Assembly (NCBI GenBank): GCA_963786105.1 | Contig: CAWAXX010000023.1 | Coordinates: 128,001 to 192,000 of the forward strand | Direction of reading: 5' to 3' | Source: Vulcanimicrobiota bacterium | GTDB taxonomy: Bacteria > Vulcanimicrobiota > Vulcanimicrobiia > Vulcanimicrobiales > Vulcanimicrobiaceae | Length of the DNA stretch: 64,000 bases | Part shown: piece by piece, positions 59,338-64,000 of the stretch | How positions within the stretch are numbered: position 1 is the stretch's first letter | Layout: each line of letters starts with the position of its first letter | The notes under the pieces: generated by a model | The model's input: only the letters and a program-made list of their open reading frames with translations | Database searches by the model: none | Told to the model about the DNA's origin: nothing | Made by a program: the position numbers and the translations under genes

Positions 59338-59648
59338 GTGTCATCCTGAGCGGAGCGAGCCGTGTCTCCCTGAGCGGAGCGAGCGCAGCGAGCGCAGTCG
59401 AAGCACCACGTTGTCATCCTGAGCGGAGCGAGCGCAGCGAGCGCAGTCGAAGGACGCTGCGGATTCGAGCGGCGTGGCACTCTCGGGACGTTCGCGTTTT
59501 CGCGTCCGTGCGAAAACGCTACTCGGCTGGCTCGTCGCTCTCGGCGTCCGTGCCTTCGCTCCTCGTCCAGACGCCCTCGAGTGCCACGCCGCTCGAATCC
59601 GCAGCGTCCTTCGACTGCGACGCTTCGCGCCTCCGCTGGGGATGACAC
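59338..59648. repeat. Composite palindromic REPIN/MITE-like element, copy 2, with extra tandem left ends
   Basis: Three left-end units (59338, 59362, 59412), 41-bp perfect inverted arms, shared 98-nt core, GGATGACAC right end. Confidence 0.88.
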
Positions 59649-59674
59649 CTCTCGTCCAGATGACGATGGCATAG

Positions 59675-60481
59675 ATGATCGGACTGTTTGATTCGGGCTT
59701 AGGCGGACTCACGGTAATCCAGCGCATCCGCGAGCGTCTACCCGGCGCGGACATCGTGTTTTTTGCGGATCAGGCGCACGTTCCGTACGGCGACCGGGAG
59801 CCCGAAGACTTGTTCGCGCTGCTGCGAGCGAATCTGGCGTGGCTCGACGAAGCGAACGTCGATGCGATCGTGATGGCGTGCAACACGTCGTGCGCGATCG
59901 CCGAACGTTACGGGTGGCCGTCGACTCGCGCGCCGGTTCTCGATCTCATCGACTCGGCTGCGACCGCCGTGCAACGCGCCGGATACCGACGGCTCGGCGT
60001 GGTTGCTACCGCTGCCACCGTAAGTGCGGGTTCGTACGGTCGAACCTTACGCTCGGCCGTTCCGGGCGTCGAAGTGTGGGAAGTCGCAGCCCCAAAACTC
60101 GTTCCAATGATCGAAGAGGGGATCGTCGCCGGCGATGAAGCCCGCATCTCGGTCGAGGCCGTCTGCCGCGCGTTGCCGGAGGACCTGGATGCCGTGATTT
60201 ACGGGTGCACGCATTACCCGGTGCTTGGCCGGCAATTCAGGGCCGCACTCGGAAACGACGTCGCCCTGATCGATCCCGCGGTGATGCAATCCGAGCGGGC
60301 CGCCGCGCTCCTGCACGATCGCGAGCCGCTCGAAGAAACCGGAGCGACCCGTTACGTCACGTCCGGTAATCCGGCCGCATTCGAAGCCAACATCGTGCGA
60401 ATCATGGGCGAGCGTTCGCCGCACGTGGAGTCGGTCACAGACGGCCCACGTGAAAGAGGGAGAAGAAGAGCATCGTCGTGA
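59675..60481 (+). CDS. murI: Glutamate racemase
   Basis: FDSGLGG, PYG, ACNT, GCTHY. Confidence 0.95.
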   Translation: MIGLFDSGLGGLTVIQRIRERLPGADIVFFADQAHVPYGDREPEDLFALLRANLAWLDEANVDAIVMACNTSCAIAERYGWPSTRAPVLDLIDSAATAVQRAGYRRLGVVATAATVSAGSYGRTLRSAVPGVEVWEVAAPKLVPMIEEGIVAGDEARISVEAVCRALPEDLDAVIYGCTHYPVLGRQFRAALGNDVALIDPAVMQSERAAALLHDREPLEETGATRYVTSGNPAAFEANIVRIMGERSPHVESVTDGPRERGRRRASS

Positions 60482-61070
60482 CGGTCGCCAGCCCGGCGCC
60501 GGCGAGAACCTGTGCGACCGTGTGCGCCTTGAGATACACGCGCGCCCAGCACACCATGGGTATGAGCACCAGGAAAGGTAACGGCTGGCGCCCGTAGAGC
60601 ATCGTAAGGGCGACCAGCGGCGCGGTGATACCGAGTGCGTGCGTGCTGATCTTCCAGTACCGCGTGATGTAGCCGACGATCAGCGTCGACGCGAAGTACC
60701 CCAGCATCGCCGCAACCAAGAGCCGCGGCGCATGCGCTAGCCAGAGCGCCGCCGCACCTACGAGATAGAAGATAATGAAGGTGCTAAAGACCACCTCGCG
60801 TTCGTGGCGCACCGACATATCCAGGTCGGAGATCCGGTCGGTGGAGTACAACCAGAAGACGTAGAGCATGGGGCCTATCGACGTGAAGAACGTCGAGAGG
60901 AACAGCAACCGCCAAAAATCCACCGTGTCCTTGGCGCTGACGTCGGCCAAGATGACGAAGAGCGCGAGGGCCGTCAGAAACGGATTGAAGATGGTCGAGA
61001 GAATGCGCGCGAGGTCGCGCCATACTTGGCGCTTCTTGATCGGGACGACCGAGGACCCGGGTTCGACCAC
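60435..61070 (-). CDS. PAP2-like membrane protein
   Basis: WKISTH, WARVYLKAHTVAQVLAG. Confidence 0.8.
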   Translation of the reverse strand: MVEPGSSVVPIKKRQVWRDLARILSTIFNPFLTALALFVILADVSAKDTVDFWRLLFLSTFFTSIGPMLYVFWLYSTDRISDLDMSVRHEREVVFSTFIIFYLVGAAALWLAHAPRLLVAAMLGYFASTLIVGYITRYWKISTHALGITAPLVALTMLYGRQPLPFLVLIPMVCWARVYLKAHTVAQVLAGAGLATVTTMLFFSLFHVGRL

Positions 61071-61187
61071 GCAAAGCTACTCATGTCTGGGCGATGGAGA
61101 CTCCTGCGCGGCAGGCCGGTTCGGGCCGGCGGTCGTAGAGATAGCCGGTTTCTTAAAATTGTGCTAACGACGGGGATACGAACCGAC

Positions 61188-61559
61188 TTGAGTTTACTGC
61201 TGCTTGCCGCCACCGCTGCCACGACGAAGACGCCGGCACACGCGCCGCCGCTATCGGCGGTCGTTCCGCCAGTCGCCTCAACCCCACCGCCGGTGATCGT
61301 GCAAACCTGGGTGGCCCAACACCTCCCCTGGCTCACGCACGGGATCGCCGGGATTTTCATGATCGCCGCGGTCGGCTTGGTCTTCTTGCTGGCGATTCAA
61401 ACCACGAAGCAGGAAGGCTTGACCGGCTCGATCGGCGGTCGCGTCGAGTCGGCGTACCGCGGGCGGCTCGGCGCCGAAGAACAGCTCAAACGGATTACCG
61501 GCGTCACCGCGGTCGTGTTCGTGGTGACGGCCTTCGTTCTGTCGCTTACCGGAATCTAG
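61188..61559 (+). CDS. secG: Preprotein translocase subunit SecG with N-terminal extension
   Basis: LAIQTTKQEGLTGSIGG..GAEEQLKRIT; start uncertain (TTG 61188 or GTG 61161). Confidence 0.82.
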   Translation: MSLLLLAATAATTKTPAHAPPLSAVVPPVASTPPPVIVQTWVAQHLPWLTHGIAGIFMIAAVGLVFLLAIQTTKQEGLTGSIGGRVESAYRGRLGAEEQLKRITGVTAVVFVVTAFVLSLTGI

Positions 61560-61576
61560 GCAAGGTTCCCTGACCG

Positions 61577-62593
61577 GTGGCGTTGCTCGAGGTGAAAAAC
61601 CTCCGGACCACGTTTCGCACCGAAGATGGTCCGGTCACGGCGGTCAACGGTCTCTCGTACACGCTGGAACCCGGTGAGACGCTCGGCATCGTCGGTGAGT
61701 CAGGCTCGGGTAAGTCGGTTTCCGCGCTCTCGATCATGCGGTTGCTAGCGAAGAACTCGACGGTATCGGCCGACCGCATGTCGTTCGAAGGTGAAAATCT
61801 TCCGGATCTGAGCGAAGCCGAGATGCGTAAGATCCGCGGACATAAGATCGCGATGATCTTCCAAGATCCGATGACCTCGCTCAATCCCGTGCTCACCATC
61901 GGCGAACAAATAGCCGAGGCCGTGCGATTGCATCTGGGACTAGACAAACGTGAGTCTCGCGACCGGGCGATCGAGATGCTCCGCAAAGTGCGAATTCCGG
62001 CGCCCGAAAATCGTCTCGGCGACTACCCCCACCAGTTTTCGGGCGGAATGCGCCAGCGCGTAATGATTGCTATGGCGCTCTCTTGCAACCCCCAGCTGCT
62101 GATTGCAGACGAGCCGACGACCGCGCTCGACGTGACCATTCAGGCGCAGGTGCTCGAACTCATGAACGAGCTTCAACGGGAAACCGGCGCGGCGATCGTG
62201 CTTATCACCCACGATCTGGGCGTGGTTGCCGAAGTCTGCAAGAACGTGCTCGTAATGTACGGCGGCAACATGGTCGAGTACGGAACCGCGGAGCAGATCT
62301 TCTCAAATCCGCGGATGCCGTACACGCAGGGTCTGCTGGCGTCGCTGCCGCGCTTGGACGACAGCCAACACCGGCGTCTCGAGCCGATCCCGGGTCAGCC
62401 TCCGAATCTTCTCAAGCTGCCACCGGGATGCGCGTTCGCGCCACGCTGCGCGTATCGCATGCCGATCTGCGCCGAGCCGGTGCCTCTCTACGACTTCGGC
62501 GAAGGACACGTTGCGCGCTGCTTTCTGTACGACGAGCGCGTCAAGGATCAGCGGCCGATCGATTTCGGGACCGCGCCGGTGGTGACCGTGTGA
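61577..62593 (+). CDS. oppD: Oligo/dipeptide ABC ATPase
   Basis: [35 protein letters not shown]. Confidence 0.93.
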   Translation: MALLEVKNLRTTFRTEDGPVTAVNGLSYTLEPGETLGIVGESGSGKSVSALSIMRLLAKNSTVSADRMSFEGENLPDLSEAEMRKIRGHKIAMIFQDPMTSLNPVLTIGEQIAEAVRLHLGLDKRESRDRAIEMLRKVRIPAPENRLGDYPHQFSGGMRQRVMIAMALSCNPQLLIADEPTTALDVTIQAQVLELMNELQRETGAAIVLITHDLGVVAEVCKNVLVMYGGNMVEYGTAEQIFSNPRMPYTQGLLASLPRLDDSQHRRLEPIPGQPPNLLKLPPGCAFAPRCAYRMPICAEPVPLYDFGEGHVARCFLYDERVKDQRPIDFGTAPVVTV

Positions 62594-63618
62594 GCGTCCC
62601 GCTGGTCGCCGTCAGGGATCTCTACAAGTATTTTCCGATTCATGCCGGCCTGACGTCGCGCCACATTGCGGACGTGAAAGCCGTCGACGGGGTCAGCTTC
62701 TCGATTTATCCGGGAGAAACGCTCGGTCTCGTCGGTGAGTCGGGTTCGGGAAAGACGACGATCGGGCGGCTGCTACTGCGTCTGTTGCCCGAAACGAAGG
62801 GCGAGATCGATTTCGACGGCGAGCCCATCGTCGGGTTGAAGCGCAGCGAAATGCGCCGATTGCGGCGTTCCATGCAGATCATTTTTCAAGATCCTTTCGC
62901 ATCGCTCAACCCACGCATGACCGTCGGCGACATCATTGCCGAGCCGCTGCGCATTCACGGCCTCGCACACGGCAAGGCCGTCGACGAGCGGGTTGTGGAC
63001 CTTCTCAAGCGGGTCGGACTGCGACCCTACCACGCCAACCGCTATCCTCACGAATTCTCGGGCGGCCAGCGGCAGCGCGTGGGGATTGCTCGCGCGTTGG
63101 CCGTCGATCCGAAGTTTATCGTTTGCGACGAGCCGGTCTCGGCGCTCGACGTTTCTATCCAGGCGCAAGTCATCAATCTGCTCGAAGATCTTCAAAAGCA
63201 GCTCGGGCTTACGTATCTTTTCATCGCGCACGATTTGTCGGTAGTCCGGCACATTTCGACCCGCGTCGCCGTGATGTACGTCGGAAAGATCGTGGAGACG
63301 GCCGACCGCGACGCGCTGTACATGAACCCGCTGCATCCCTACACGCAGGCGCTGCTCTCCGCGATTCCGATTCCGGATCCCGCGCTCGAAAAGCGGCGCA
63401 AGCGGATAGTGCTGGCCGGCGACATTCCTTCGCCGGTGAACCCGCCATCGGGCTGCCGCTTTCACACGCGATGCCCGGTCGCGTTCGACCGATGCCGCAC
63501 GGAAGAACCACCGTTCAAAGAGTACGCGCCCGGACACTCCGCCGCATGCCACTGGGTCGAAGAGCACGGCGGCGAGGCTCCGAATCTCGCCGGCGGACCG
63601 ATCGTCGTAGCGTCGTAA
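62590..63618 (+). CDS. oppF: Oligo/dipeptide ABC ATPase
   Basis: [40 protein letters not shown] overlap. Confidence 0.93.
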   Translation: MSVPLVAVRDLYKYFPIHAGLTSRHIADVKAVDGVSFSIYPGETLGLVGESGSGKTTIGRLLLRLLPETKGEIDFDGEPIVGLKRSEMRRLRRSMQIIFQDPFASLNPRMTVGDIIAEPLRIHGLAHGKAVDERVVDLLKRVGLRPYHANRYPHEFSGGQRQRVGIARALAVDPKFIVCDEPVSALDVSIQAQVINLLEDLQKQLGLTYLFIAHDLSVVRHISTRVAVMYVGKIVETADRDALYMNPLHPYTQALLSAIPIPDPALEKRRKRIVLAGDIPSPVNPPSGCRFHTRCPVAFDRCRTEEPPFKEYAPGHSAACHWVEEHGGEAPNLAGGPIVVAS

Positions 63619-63650
63619 AATGAAAGAGCGGCCGCAGATCGCGACCGCTC
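63617..63650 (-). terminator. Probable intrinsic terminator
   Basis: Minus-strand hairpin GAGCGGTCGC/GCGGCCGCTC followed by TTTCATTTT. Confidence 0.6.
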
Positions 63651-63671
63651 GTTCCGACTGGTTCTGACGAC

Positions 63672-64000
63672 CTAGGCTTTCTTACGGCCGTTAGCGGCCG
63701 CTTTGCGGACGACTTTCCGCCGGACGGCCTTGCGGACGGCTTTCCGCCGAACTTTCTTGCGGACGGCCTTGCGAACGGCTTTCCGCCGGACGGCCTTGCG
63801 GACGGCTTTCCGCCGAACTTTCCGGCGGACGGCCTTGCGGGCGACTTTCCGGCGGACGGCCTTGCGGGCGACTTTCCGGCGGACGACCTTGCGAGCGACT
63901 TTCCGGCGGACGATCTTGCGAGCGACTTTCCGGCGGACGATCTTGCGAGCGACTTTCTTGCGGGCGACTTTCCTACGCACGGCTTTGCGAACTACCCGCC
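63672..64000 (-). CDS. Histone H1/Hc2-like basic repeat protein (5' end outside window)
   Basis: Tandem RKVARK(I/V/A)VR and RKAV repeats; 27-nt DNA tandem repeats. Confidence 0.75.
   Translation of the reverse strand, partial: RVVRKAVRRKVARKKVARKIVRRKVARKIVRRKVARKVVRRKVARKAVRRKVARKAVRRKVRRKAVRKAVRRKAVRKAVRKKVRRKAVRKAVRRKVVRKAAANGRKKA

Noticed and set aside
59338..59648. CRISPR array, or real CDSs (59049-59645, 59341-59754, 35957-36223)
   Set aside because: Repeats are irregular and inverted with no spacers or cas genes; the ORFs are translations of the repeat element.
63700..63980. CRISPR or non-coding tandem repeat
   Set aside because: Units are contiguous multiples of 3 with no spacers and encode the basic repeat protein.

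Overview
GC-rich bacterial chromosomal window, densely coding, with no integrase, transposase, phage or CRISPR signature. Gene style (Cys-rich TonB-receptor-like protein, GerMN-amidase-murI, VPS10-like protein) suggests a diderm soil bacterium such as Eremiobacterota; this is inference only. 3-17 kb is an unusual potassium hub: a small peptide + kdpFABC, a divergently transcribed orphan kdpA paralogue with all four selectivity-filter motifs altered, a kinase-less protein made of two tandem KdpD N-terminal modules, a separate TM-GAF histidine kinase with a NarL-type regulator, two trkA genes without trkH, and a CPA1 antiporter. It is followed by tRNA-Pro(CGG) flanked by two structured-RNA candidates, uvrC, and a tmRNA with a non-canonical T-arm. 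Next come an accessory block (GH63, TMEM175, AraC, degenerate B12-binding protein, frameshifted cadD-like gene, sulfatase, TRIC), a ba3-type oxidase operon, a secreted adenosine-deaminase-like gene beside a PfkB kinase, and VIT1/CopA. A probable N-methyl-amine catabolic cluster (two Rieske oxygenases, SolA-like oxidase, TonB-receptor-like gene) precedes cell-wall genes, secG, oppDF and a histone-like protein. A composite palindromic (REPIN/MITE-like) element family occurs at three intergenic sites.
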